A stretch of DNA of 63,997 nt, the filler included, from Gonapodya sp. JEL0774 (lineage: Eukaryota), in NCBI GenBank assembly GCA_027604505.1. It is 13 parts of 13 records of this genome, joined end to end, with 100 filler letters (N's around TTAATTAATTAA, not from the genome) between each part and the next. Parts side by side here need not be neighbours in the genome. Positions count along the whole stretch, not along the records: positions 1 to 4,883 come from JADIIX010000835.1; positions 4,984 to 9,857 come from JADIIX010000836.1; positions 9,958 to 14,829 come from JADIIX010000837.1; 10 more parts are not named here. The stretch is one strand, 5' to 3'. This document shows positions 1-11,395 of this stretch, in pieces. The notes under the pieces were generated by a model. It was not told the DNA's origin and made no database searches. It worked only from the letters and a program-made list of their open reading frames with translations. The translations under genes and the position numbers were made by a program. Every line of letters begins with the position of its first letter. Positions within the stretch are counted from its first letter, which is position 1.

Positions 1-1798
1 CGCCAGCCCGAAACCCCTTACAAGCGCAACGGCATGCCCATCTCCCGCGTCCCCGACGGACAAATGGACAGGTTCGCCACCGTGTTTGGCGCCAGTGCCA
101 CGGACCGGAGCGGGAGCGGGAAAGGGAAAGGGAACGGGAACTGGCCAGGGAATGGGAACGGGACCGGGACCGGGACAGGTGGTGGTGACGGTGGACCGGT
201 AGACATAGGAAGGCGGTCCCGGCACCTCACATCCACCGGCACCGGCACCGTCACCGTGACCAACGGCAGTTCAAGTTCATCTCCACCGTCACCCACCCCC
301 CCACCTCCCCCTACGAACGGCCACCTCTCCACCCCCACCCCACCTTCGGCCAAATTCCCATTCCCTCCCGGCAACGGTATCGCATCCCCTGCATACTCCA
401 CACCCTCCGCATCCGCCCAGGGGTCCGCCGCAGACATGGCCGTCCTACCCCTTTCCAATCCCCTTCCCCCCTCCTCCTCCCCCTCTTCCACCACCTCCAC
501 CGCCCGCCCCTCCCTCACCCTACCCCACCCCCACCCGCACCCGCACCCACACCCCCTCCACGACCACCACTCCCTGGGGCCCCCAGTCTCCACCGCCGCC
601 GCTGTCCAAGGGCTCATGGCCGGCTCCCTCCACGTGCCCGGCGTGACCGGGCCGGGGTACAAACAGTGGTCCGCGAAGAGTGGCAAGCTCATAGCGGATT
701 TGTTAATGGTGGCGGGTGGGTTGTGGGGAGGGGGGTGGGGGGATCGCGGATTGATACTGATCGACTCTGCCGGTATGTACTGACTCGGACCCGTTTTCTG
801 GTCTGGTACTTCTAGGCGCAGACCACATCATGACCGTCGACTTGCACGACCCGCACTTTCAAGGGTTCTTCGACGTGCCGGTGGATAATCTCTCGGTGGA
901 ACCGGTCATGGTACGTTTCGTCGTCGCAGGTTCACACCGGGTATTCTGGAAACCCCCGGAAGCTGATGATGAATCCCGCATCCCGCCCGCCTCCAGGTCC
1001 GCTACATTAAGGAACACTTCCCCGACTGGCGCAACTCGGTGATCGTGTCCCCCGACGCCGGGGGCGCCAAGCGTGCGTCCAAGATCGCAGACCGGCTCGG
1101 TGTGGACTTTGCGCTCATACATAAGGAGAGGAGGCATTTCGCAGGGAACCACAATGGGAACGGGAACGGGAATGGGGCGGGTGGTGGTGGCGGTGGTGTG
1201 GTGGACGCACACGGGGAGGGTCACCACACCACCACGGTAGTGGAACTGGACGCCTCGTCCCCCGTGACACCCTTGGGAACCCCGGCCCGGTTGTCCCCGC
1301 CCGGCTCGGGCTCCGGCTCCGCGACCACCGTTGCCGCCGCGTCCGACATGCTCCTCGTGGGGTCCGTCTCGGGGCGCACCTGTCTGCTCATCGACGACAT
1401 CGCCGACACGTCCTTCACCATCACCAAGGCCGCGCACACCCTGGTCTCCGCGGGGGCAACCAGGGTGTGCGCCATCGTGACTCACGGCATCTTGTCTGGA
1501 ACCGCCGTGGCTCGCATCGCGAAATCCCCGCTCGACGAGTTGATCGTGTCCAACACGGTGCCGCAGGACGGACACAGACAGGCGTTGGGGGGGAAACTCA
1601 AGGTTTTTGATGTGGGGGCGGTGATTGCGGAGGCGATTAGGAGGATACATAATGGGGAGAGTATTAGGTGGGTGGTGTAGCTTGGGGGTGAGGGGGGTGG
1701 GGTGACTGGAGTGACGAACCGTAACACTGTTTTTGTCCCTCCTCTCGTACACCACCAGTTTGCTGTACGACAACTTATGGTCGCTCGAAACGGTTTAG
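1..1798 (+). CDS. Ribose-phosphate pyrophosphokinase (PRS5/PRS1-type with long low-complexity insertions), 5'-partial, multi-exon
   Basis: Motifs GYKQWSAKSGKLIADLL, ADHIMTVDLHDPHFQGFFDVPVDNL, IVSPDAGGAKRA, LIDDIADTSFT and AEAIRRIHNGES. Introns lie near 715-816, 911-997 and 1669-1758. Stop TAG 1796-1798. Confidence 0.92.
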
Positions 1799-2380
1799 CC
1801 TGGTGTGCTCCACACAGCAGTTTCTTTGGGCTTGAGCTTGAGCGGCAAATACAGTTTCTGTGTAGAGAAGTAACATACTCGATGCAGCCCCGAGCCCCGA
1901 AGCGCCGCCCGCCCACCCGCTACTTCGTGACAACTCCAATTTTTGTTTTCGAAGCAGTTTGATCTGATTTTCGAATGGTGTAGAGTCTAATAGATGTGTT
2001 CGCTACACTGTGATGCGTGGTCGAATTTTTGTGTGTGGGATGAAGACAGCGTTTGTCAAGAAAATGTAAAAGCTATAATACATCAGATGACACCAAGGGC
2101 CGAACCGGTGGTAGCCCAATCAGTGCAGGAAACGACGTTTTCAACCGGTCGTGGTCCGTTCGTTCTGTTGATATAAGCGCCCGTCCCGACCGGAGGCGAT
2201 TGAACTGGCCCGGGCGAGCTTTCAGACAAAACGCCTCTCCACCTTATTTTGGCGTGCTGGTTCCCGCGCTCGTTGGTTTCGCACGTCGGCTTTGGCCTGG
2301 GCCAGGTGGGTACGCACGCACCGACCAAACAAACACCCTCCCGCCCCCACGATTCCCCGAACCCCCCACGCGATTAATTC

Positions 2381-4883
2381 ATGCACTCGCTCGCCCACCT
2401 TTTCAAATCGCTCCGTCCGTCGATCCCTCATACCGCTTCCGATGGCGATATCCCTGCTCCCGCAGATGCCGATCCCCCCGATCCCGACGTCGCACCTGGC
2501 GCGTGGCACGACGACGATGCCGATGCCAATCCGCCTGACCCGATCCTCCAGCTGGCGACGGTATCGGACGTAAGCGACTCGCCGTCACCGGATGGAGACG
2601 ACGTTGGATCCACCTCGGACGATTCCGCCGACTTTCGAACCGCCATGGTCCCCCACATCGACACGACCAACACCACGGGCGTCACGTTCCTCCCACCACC
2701 TCCCACCCATGCCCCCGGAGCCCGTCCCCGTCCCGCCCCCCCGGCGCTGGCCAAAATCCCCGCCGTATGGACCATCAAGGACACCGACCTAGTCTACTCG
2801 GTCCACGACGTGCTCGGTAGGGGCGGGTACGGCGTGGTGTACCGTGGCACGTGGCTCGTCGACGTGGACGTGGCCGTGAAAGTCGTCACGGTGGGAGAGG
2901 GGTACGATGAGAAGGTGGGTCGTGAGGGGTTCGGGGTACGGGATCTCCTTGGTGCGAGATTCGCTCAAAAGAGACCCGCTCCAACCACCACGGCTGACGG
3001 CCCACACCAGTCCTTCGAGGCCGAAGCCACCATGTGGTACAACACGACTTCACCACACGTACTCCCCCTACTGGGAATCGTCCAACAGAACAACAAGCTG
3101 GCTCTGGTCTCTCCCATTCTCGAAAACGGCACCGTGCAGGCTTACCTCAAAACGTTTTACAGCGACGAACCTCGACGGCGCAGGTGGCGATCCAACTGGT
3201 GAGTTTTCAGCTTTTGTAATCTCAAGAACTCATAAAGCTTTCACCTCTCATCCGACCTCCCCCGCGTTACCCCCAGCTCCTGGACACCGCCCGAGGCATG
3301 CTTGACCTCCACTCCAAGGGCATTGTTCACGCTGACTTAAAGCCGGGCAACACCTTGGTGAACAAGCAAGGTTGCGCCGTCTTGCCTGACTTTGGATCCT
3401 CCAAGCTCTTGGGTGGTGCAGAAGCCAATAATGTGACGGGAGACAGGATAGGCACTCCCAGGTACATGTCACCAGAGAGGTTGAGGGAGGAGGGGACAAC
3501 AAAGGCAGATGATGTGTACGCTTTTGCAATGATGATTTATGTGGTGAGTTGGTACAAAAAGTCACTTTTGGTCCTCTGTGGAGGGCGGAGCTGTGGAGGC
3601 TTGAGAACACAACATGAACTGAGCTCTTCCTGGACACAGCTCTGGACCAAAAAGGAGCCCTTTGCTGAGCTGTCACAGATGCAGTTCTATGCTCTCTTGC
3701 CGTCCATATGTGGGCCTCCACACATTCGTCCAGAGGTTCTGTCAGATGGAGCCATGCCTAAGGATTTGGAAACTCTCATGCATCAGTGTTGGGATCCTGA
3801 CCCAGACAATCGACCATCGTTCTCCCTTATTTGTGAGACACTGTTTCATCTATGGTGCGTTTTTGTTTTGTTTTGCTTTGTTGTTTTTTTCTGTGATTGT
3901 GCACTGTTCCTTCTCAATTAGCCCACAACAAGAACCATCTGTTGAACCCTCCACCCCAAACTCATCCCCTGAAAATCTGGATGGTGATGCATCATCCCTC
4001 TTCTCTCTAGCCGCTTCTCTCCACCATGGCTTGAATGGACATGTGAAGGATCTTGAGAAAGCAGCCGAGGTCTATGCAAGGGCGGCAGAGTTTGGCCACC
4101 CTGAAGCACAGTACGCACTCTGTTTCTTCTACTCAACTGGGCTGGGTGTGCTGCAAAAGGATCTTGAGGTGGCTTTCCAGTGGTGCCAGAGGGCTGCTGC
4201 CCAAGATGTGGGGCTTGCTGTTCTGGGCCTCGGCACCTCATACTACTATGGCCAAGGAGTGGAAGAAGATAAAGCAGAGGCAGTTAAATGGTGGACCAAT
4301 GCGGCAGATATGGGTAATGACGAGGGACAGTTCAATCTGGCTACCTGTCTGTTGTACGGCACTGGAGCTCCAAAGGATGAAAAGAAGGCTGTGGACTGGT
4401 TCAAAAGGTCAGCTGAGCAAGGTTACTTACAGTCACAATATTTCCTTGGTCTGCACTATGAGAATGGCATAGGAGTGGAGAAGAATGGAAGGGAAGCAGC
4501 TGGGTGGTACAGGAAGGCAGCTGAGCAAGGGAATGCAGATGGACAGACTTGCCTTGCTATGTGCTATCAAGATGGGATTGGTGTGGACAAGGATGAGAGT
4601 GAGGCTGTGAAGTGGCTTGCCAAGGGTGTGGAGCAAGGCAACCCTAGAGCACAGGATCTTCTTGGGTTCTATTATGAGAAGGGGATCATGGTGGAGAAGG
4701 ATGAAAGGGAGGCTGTGAATCTTTACAAGAAAGCTGCAGAACAAGGTTATGCTAATGGACTGAACAGTCTTGCTGTGTGCTACAAGAATGGCATAGGTGT
4801 GGAGAAAAATGAAGCAGAGTCATTGAACTTGGTCAGAAGATCTGCAGAGCAGGGAGATCCAAGGGGACAGCATCTTCTGGGTG
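2381..4883 (+). CDS. Tyrosine-kinase-like (TKL) protein kinase fused to Sel1 repeats, 3'-partial, multi-exon
   Basis: Kinase motifs GRGGYGVVY, VAVK, HADLKPGN, DFG, GTPRYMSPE and CWDPDPDNRPSF. These are followed by repeated ~36-aa Sel1 units such as YFLGLHYENGIGVEKNGREAAGWYRKAAEQG. Confidence 0.9.
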
Positions 4884-4983
4884 NNNNNNNNNNNNNNNNN
4901 NNNNNNNNNNNNNNNNNNNNNNNNNNNTTAATTAATTAANNNNNNNNNNNNNNNNNNNNNNNNNNNNNNNNNNNNNNNNNNNN
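4884..4983. other. Artificial contig spacer (N44-TTAATTAATTAA-N44)
   Basis: The same 100-nt spacer also lies at 9858, 14830, 19798, 24758, 29716, 34674, 39625, 44572, 49515, 54448 and 59375. The 12-mer stops all six frames, and contig lengths do not increase along the window (4874 down to 4827). Confidence 0.99.
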
Positions 4984-5331
4984 TGAAACTGAGCATCTAC
5001 AACAGGTGTCCTGGAGGATACGTATTGCGATCCATTCACAGTTGTCAAGTGGCGGTTGGTGAAGAAACATGCACGAACGTGATTAAAATACGCTGGCTCA
5101 GGGTCGAAGCGTCGCGGCGTTTTCTAAATTCAATCAGAAAATGCTCCGCGTCGGCTCGCTTGGCGGGATCCTTTGGTTCAAGAGTAATCCGGGGGCAGGC
5201 AATAAAGCTGATCTTCATAAGTTGGATGAGGGAAGAAGAGGAACAGAAAACACACAACAGACCTGCAGTTCTTGACTGGCTACTTCAAATCGTGCAGCAG
5301 TCACCGATGCGTCCTCAGGCAACGCCATCAT
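4984..5331 (-). CDS. N-terminus of an importin-beta family karyopherin (exportin-4-like), 3'-partial
   Basis: DPAKRADAEHFLIEFRKRRDASTLSQRIL resembles the IBN_N segment R-x2-AE-x2-L-x2-FRK of exportin-4. Confidence 0.55.
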
Positions 5332-5478
5332 GTCACTTCCGCGAGAGGTGGAGTTTGATCGTTCGAAATCGGGTCCGTCCATTGAAAGTCAGATTGCTTT
5401 TGTTATGTTCAATCTCCTGATACAACATTCTATTCTCTGTTTTGCTCCGCTGTTGACGTGTCACTCTATGAGTTTATT

Positions 5479-7326
5479 TTAATACTCCTCGCCGCCCTCC
5501 GCAGTCTCTTCGAGGTCTTCAACGGGGGCATCGAATTGATCAACCTCGCTCCAGTTACCATCACCATCACCATTCACATCATTCCTTGTCTCGTTCTCCC
5601 CTTCAGAACTGTCAGTTCCTTCTCCGGCCGTCGCTTGGAAGGGCACACCGCCCATGGATGCCAATACCTCTCTAACCCTACGCCGTGTCTCTTCTTCCCT
5701 ACCATCATTCTCATCCTCTTCGGATTCCTGTATCTTGATTTCGATGATGCCATTCCAAACCACGTATCCCGCAAATGCCCCGATCGCACCAAATACTGTT
5801 GACCACTTCCACAGTTCGGCGTGAAGGGCACGATCATGACGCAAACGTTTCAGAAATTGCGTTGTAGATGCCACGGTTTGCTCAATAACGTTTGAGAGTT
5901 GGGGAAGAGAAGAGTACCAGGAACGCCGGGACTGATCCGAAGGCACAGTACGCAGGCGGATAAGGTGATGCTCCTCAAATCCGAGTGGTAAGTAGTAAGT
6001 ACGATGGCGTCGGGCGTAATCCAAAAGTCGAGGAAACTCGTTGGTGATCATGTCTGAGAGTGTGTGGTGTGGAAGTTCTGGTGGAGCATTGGCGAGGTGG
6101 TGGAGGAGATGAGCGAGGAGCACAGCATCCAGAGATGAAGGTCTGTTATGTAAGCAGTAAGCAAGTTGTGCAGGTATCAGTCTGAATCAATGGCCGGCCC
6201 TTTCATGGCAGGTCTGGAGACGTACCTTTTGCCGAACAGAAATGGTCCACGCCCCAACTTGCTCTCCAAAGCTCGGAAGCACGCTCGAGCATTAATATAT
6301 ACCTGAAAAATGTCAAGAGAGATTCACTACAGAGTGCCGATAGAAAGCACTGGTGGCTCAGGGGTAACGACTAATCACTCACATCAGACTCTCGTTCCGG
6401 TGTACGATCCTCATCGCGAGAGCTCGCCGCCCACAAGTCTGTATGTGGTACATATCTGCTCCTGCCATACATAGCTGTCCTTTCAAGAGCAACGGTCCTG
6501 ATCTGTTGTGGTGTCCAATACCGTGAGGGAAAAGATATGGTGCGAGAAAGATGGTATTGGGTAGAGGACGTGAAGTTTTCTGAGTCCGTGAAACGGTTGT
6601 AGAGCTGTATCGCAATGTAGACCTATTAGAGAGAGCGTGACCGTTGGTCCACACAGCGATACTCTCACCAGCGCGTCATAAAGTTCATTCTCAATCAACG
6701 CAGTGTAACTGAAAAGTGGACAGGTAATGGAAGAACTTGCTACGTTCTCGTTATTGCACTTGCAGTGACGCCGACGTGATTACGTACGCATGGATTTCGG
6801 CTCGCTCACTCCCATTCAAGTTAACATCCAAATCATGGCCCTGCACAAAACGGTGCCCCTTTAAAAACAACACGAACAGGATGCTTTATAACATGATCAC
6901 TACCTTTCGTTTCAAGTGACTGAAAATATTCCAACCACCCGAGACGTAGTGTGGTCCGTCCATCAGCGAAGGCAGTTGGCCTGCAGAGGGTACCGGAACA
7001 AATCATCATGATTAAAATACAGCAATGTCATATTCACAAGACTGAAGAGCTCACCAGCAGGAGGTAGTGTCGGTTCTGAGGTGTCCGAGATGACGAAGTC
7101 CACTTTCGCCATCGAAAGATATATCTGGAGCAACAGGCATCAGATACTTCAGATACATTCACATGCTCGCATTGGATTTCATCAGTAGACGATGTGTGAG
7201 TGCCCCCAACATCATTGGCGATTTGTGATATCAAGTTTTCTTACACACCATCACCGAGAGCCCAAACGGATCTGCGGACGGGAGACCAAAAGCGGGAGAC
7301 CACGCATTTACGAGATACGATGCCAT
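5479..7326 (-). CDS. SAM37: Metaxin/SAM37-like mitochondrial outer membrane protein, multi-exon
   Basis: N-terminal MASYLVNAWSPAFGLPSADPFGLS, then QLPSLMDG, IENELYDAL, PSSLDAVLLAHL and FPRLLDY. C-terminal TM segment (VFGAIGAFAGYVVWNGII) and acidic tail. Confidence 0.85.
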
Positions 7327-7551
7327 CCGAACCCGATTGCTACGTTGAACGCAATTTGGGTTGGTGGTTGGTGATTTTCATCCTCACCCAACGCCCACTA
7401 GGAAAACATACGTATATACCCGTTTCAAGGCAAGTTACTTATTGGTTTCTAGAGACAGACCTCCGTTTTTCCAAGTATTCACGCCTTTAACTATTATTGG
7501 ATCAGTAATTTATGATCATCTATCGCACCACCATGAAACGGTTTCCCCGCA

Positions 7552-9857
7552 CTACTTCACCACGCTAGTTCGCCCACTACGCTGCTCCTTCGACTCGGCC
7601 TCGGCTTGCTTAGATTTCACAATCAAAGGATCGAAACCTTGGTACTACGTGCAGTAAGGGCACTTTTGAATGCAGAAGCCATCAACACTCCCTCGAACTC
7701 GATTCTCATACCTTCTCTGCCAACTCCAAAAACCGCTTGGAGTTTTCCTTACGTCCCGTAGCTGCGAGGTAATGTTTTCGTTGGAGCAGCACGAACTCCA
7801 CATGAGAGCTGTGCTTGAGCGCAAGGTCGAGGGCACTACATTTGGGACAGGAGAATCGATGCACCGATCTGCTCAGTTTCGTGGTCGCTAGCGATACGCC
7901 GCAATCTCTCACCTGTCCCATCTATATGCCTCAACCCATGCCCGCACTCCCCTTGCGATACATCCGGCATTTGAGAATATTTCAACAGCATCGTCCACAC
8001 GACCCCTCAACATCTCTACTTCCCCTCGTCTCGCCTCTGATCCTTCCGGTAGTGATTTTGCAAAGTTCACGTGCCGCACGCGAGGTACATCTTCGAGGGC
8101 TGCAAGCGCCACCTCTGCAGTGTCCAGATGTGCTGTCGGGAGAAGGGAATGGGTGGCGAGAAGACACCAAAGCGACAGGTCCTTCGAAAATGCCACGAAA
8201 TTGCATGTAATGAGCTCTTACGAATGAAGAAACAGATCGTGTCCGGTATACTCACTTTGACATAACGGCACACTCGAACAGCCTCTTCCCACTGTCGTTT
8301 CACCACCAATCCATGTAGAAGTGCCGGATATGGCGAAAGGTTCCTTTTCAAATATAAAACCAATTAGAACTCTTGCTTCATATTTTTTGGGTGAATCGGA
8401 TGTTTGATCTCAAGTAAACGCCTCGGACGTACATACCCAATCATAGTGATTCCACCGTCTGCTTTCCGCAAAGCGATTTGGGATCCACAGTACCATTCAA
8501 TGCGGATGTCTCTCCCCAACTCCCTTACAACGGATTGACACCACGATTAGGGTTTTCACCGACTCGGCAAGAACAAACCACCAACCTGATTTCCTTCTCC
8601 CATCTCGCCCCTTCTCCTCCTGAAGCTAAACCTCTACTAACTCCTGCCACTGCCTCTTCCCCACACCACCAGACGATGACCTTTCCTCCTCCGACAGCAG
8701 CGAGTTCACCAGCCGCCTGAGTATCTTCGTTCCACTTGACGTGGTCGATACTAGCGGCAACTTTCGCTGATCGTCCACGCGAAGGTCCGGAAAGGATGTG
8801 CATATAGAGTGAACGGTTGGAGTCGAGGATCGCCAGTATTAGTTGGTGGGGTGGAGTCGACGATGATGTCGCTACAGCAGATAAATTGACGGACGTAGAG
8901 GGACACAGAGACAAAGAAACGATGGGATGAGTGTGTACTACAGTATTGGAATGGGTAGAGTCTGGAAAGAGAGGGAACGGCTTTCCTGTTGCGACATCGA
9001 ATAGATATGTGACTGCTCCGAAAGGTTACACGTTATGAGATATCACTGGTTCATCACTTCCCAATACCACTCTGCTAATAACCTACCTTTCCCTCCTGCT
9101 CCACGAATCGCGACTATTCCACCTGCAATGGCGACACCTTGATGATCCGGATTTTCTCCCTGGCCACCGCCGGCCGTCTGGGGGATACGCACAACTGAGA
9201 GCTGTCGTCCGTCGCGAGTAAAGCAATGCACAGCACCATTTGCGGCGATGAGCGCAAACGAGCTGTTTGAAAGCCGAAGTTCCGGGGGGAGTTTAGACTC
9301 AATTATAGTCGAGAAACAAATAAACAACTTACAACTCACTCTCTACCAACTACCGCACTTCTCACTGTCAACATTGTCGGCAACTCCACCACGACTGGTG
9401 TGTTCCATGCTCCTTCAGAGTAGAGGTAGCACCTTTGCGCAGGTGACCCAGACTCGGCACGGGTAACCACAAGGAGGAGAGAGTGCTGTAATGTCATGAG
9501 AGCCATAGTGACTGGGAGCTCTGTGGTTCAAAGCAGCGGAACTTAAAGTCAGGATTCTAACGGAAAATTTGTGTGAAACATACCAATTAGCTCATCCACC
9601 CCGGCAATATCATCCTTCACGAGTATCTTCGCTGGCTCCGTCTGCTTTGCTTCCAAATGTCGCCAGCTGGCTGTTCTACAATAAATAGAAGTAGAGTGTA
9701 TCTTACCGTCCGAAGAGGCAAGGGCAAGTTGGGATGAATCCGGGTGCCAGGCCAAACAGAGGACAGAATTAGTCGGATGGGAGAGGTTGAGTGCATGAGT
9801 CAAATGCTAAAAGGAGGGCAGTACAGTCGTGGGTGAGTTGAACATCGTTCTACTCAC
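7552..9857 (-). CDS. IFT80: Intraflagellar transport protein 80 (WD40), 5'-partial, multi-exon
   Basis: SPYPALLHGLVVKRQWEEAVRVCRYVK, TAEVALAALED, and ALKHSSHVEFVLLQRKHYLAATGRKENSKRFL match the IFT80 C-terminus. WD motif SVLCLAWHPDSSQLA. Confidence 0.92.
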
Positions 9858-9957
9858 NNNNNNNNNNNNNNNNNNNNNNNNNNNNNNNNNNNNNNNNNNN
9901 NTTAATTAATTAANNNNNNNNNNNNNNNNNNNNNNNNNNNNNNNNNNNNNNNNNNNN

Positions 9958-10699
9958 ACTATTGATCTTTCTACAAATGTTTGCGGGCTGCTTCAACAAC
10001 ACCATGAAGGTCGACAATTTCCGGGACCGATAATGTAGGGTCTATTCCAATTGAAAAGAACATCGAGAAATGAGTGAGCACGAACGGTATCGTGAAATTA
10101 AATACTCAGCCCACCTCCAAGGAAGTCCTCAAAATCAATTGTATCATCTCGGCCTTCCAGGATGTCGAGCGCGAAGTTGGACGTAGGAAGCACAGGTAAA
10201 CGTCGGGGCTACGAAATGACGCTCAGTCAATCGAACAGGAAGGTATTAAAGTGAAACATAAGGTCTTCACCTGACCGACTAAAGCCCGTTCCATCTGAAG
10301 GCGAATGGGAGCATGAACCCCATACATGGTACGGTGCATATTGTACTTCAGTGCCAGTTGCGTCGCGTTCCACTATTTTGGTTGGCAGGAGGTACCGTTC
10401 CAGGCACGTAAGGAAGTTTTCCAAACGTAGACAACCCAATGGATAGACAATAGAATAAAGACCAAAAACCTGATCCACCCAAAAAGTCTCGCACGTACCG
10501 TTTCTCCAATCCTACTCTCCACGGGGTGTTTGAATCCCTCTCGCATGACATCTCCCTTTACCGTCCGGAACCCGTGCCGAAGCGTGTCCTGTACAGCAAA
10601 CTCGCCAACGTTGTGAAGCTGCGCGAGAGTATCCTTAGTCTGTGAGGTTGGGTTGGGCACTTGGGCGGACGGAACGAGACGGAATTGGTTCGCCTGCAA
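9958..10699 (-). CDS. UMP1: Proteasome maturation factor UMP1/POMP, multi-exon; start uncertain
   Basis: QDTLRHG, KHPVESRI, MYGVHAPIRLQME and LPTSNFALDILEGRDDTIDFEDFL. Confidence 0.88.
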
Positions 10700-11395
10700 G
10701 TGAAGTTAGGTCGGTAACGGAAGCGTCGGAAGAAGATACGTTGCTGTTAGGCCAGGGGAGACACGCTCCACTGCGCAGAGTATGTGGAAAGCTAGAATGT
10801 TTTCGCCTGAATGCAATCATTGTCCATCCGTCTTGGAGAAAGCCCCCAAAGTCCCAATTCCATGTCCATTCATTTCAAGCTCATTGAAGAACCTGACGCC
10901 GGCCAAACCGCTCCATGAATCCTTGTGCGTGTGCCCATTTGTGCTTCACACTGACAGCGAGCGAGTGCTCACCATTGCAGATTGAATGGTTTAGTTGCAA
11001 TGGGTTGCGTTGTGAGGCAGTCGATTCTGTGGTCACCAGGAATCATATCAGATTGTGCAACCAAAACTTCTCCCGACCTTCAGTGTTACGGAGTGAAGAG
11101 ATTTCATCTCAGATCTGGTGCTTCTTGTCTTTTATTTTGATTGGAGCGCTCTTCTTATCGAGAGAGCGAGTCCTATTCGCAACACCTCAACCAACGGGAT
11201 CGTTTCGAGGAGGATCGTTTTCTTTAAGCGAGCTACTCACTGTGGCACTTCGGAAAACATCGCGAGCAGGACTGTCTCTCGTCTAAATGCTGGTACTGCG
11301 TGCGTCGGGGCGGGGGCTTTGCAATTGCCTGTCGGGGAATACAAAACGAACACTTCGACAACCTGAACTTTTCGCAAACCAGACACAATACACCA

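Noticed and set aside
859..1773. Long antisense ORFs (also 18-692, 38508-39104, 43258-43680)
   Set aside because: Shadows of GC-rich real genes on the opposite strand.
4928..4939. TTAATTAATTAA recurring about every 4.95 kb
   Set aside because: Assembly linker inside N runs. ORFs running into it and adjacency across it are artefacts.
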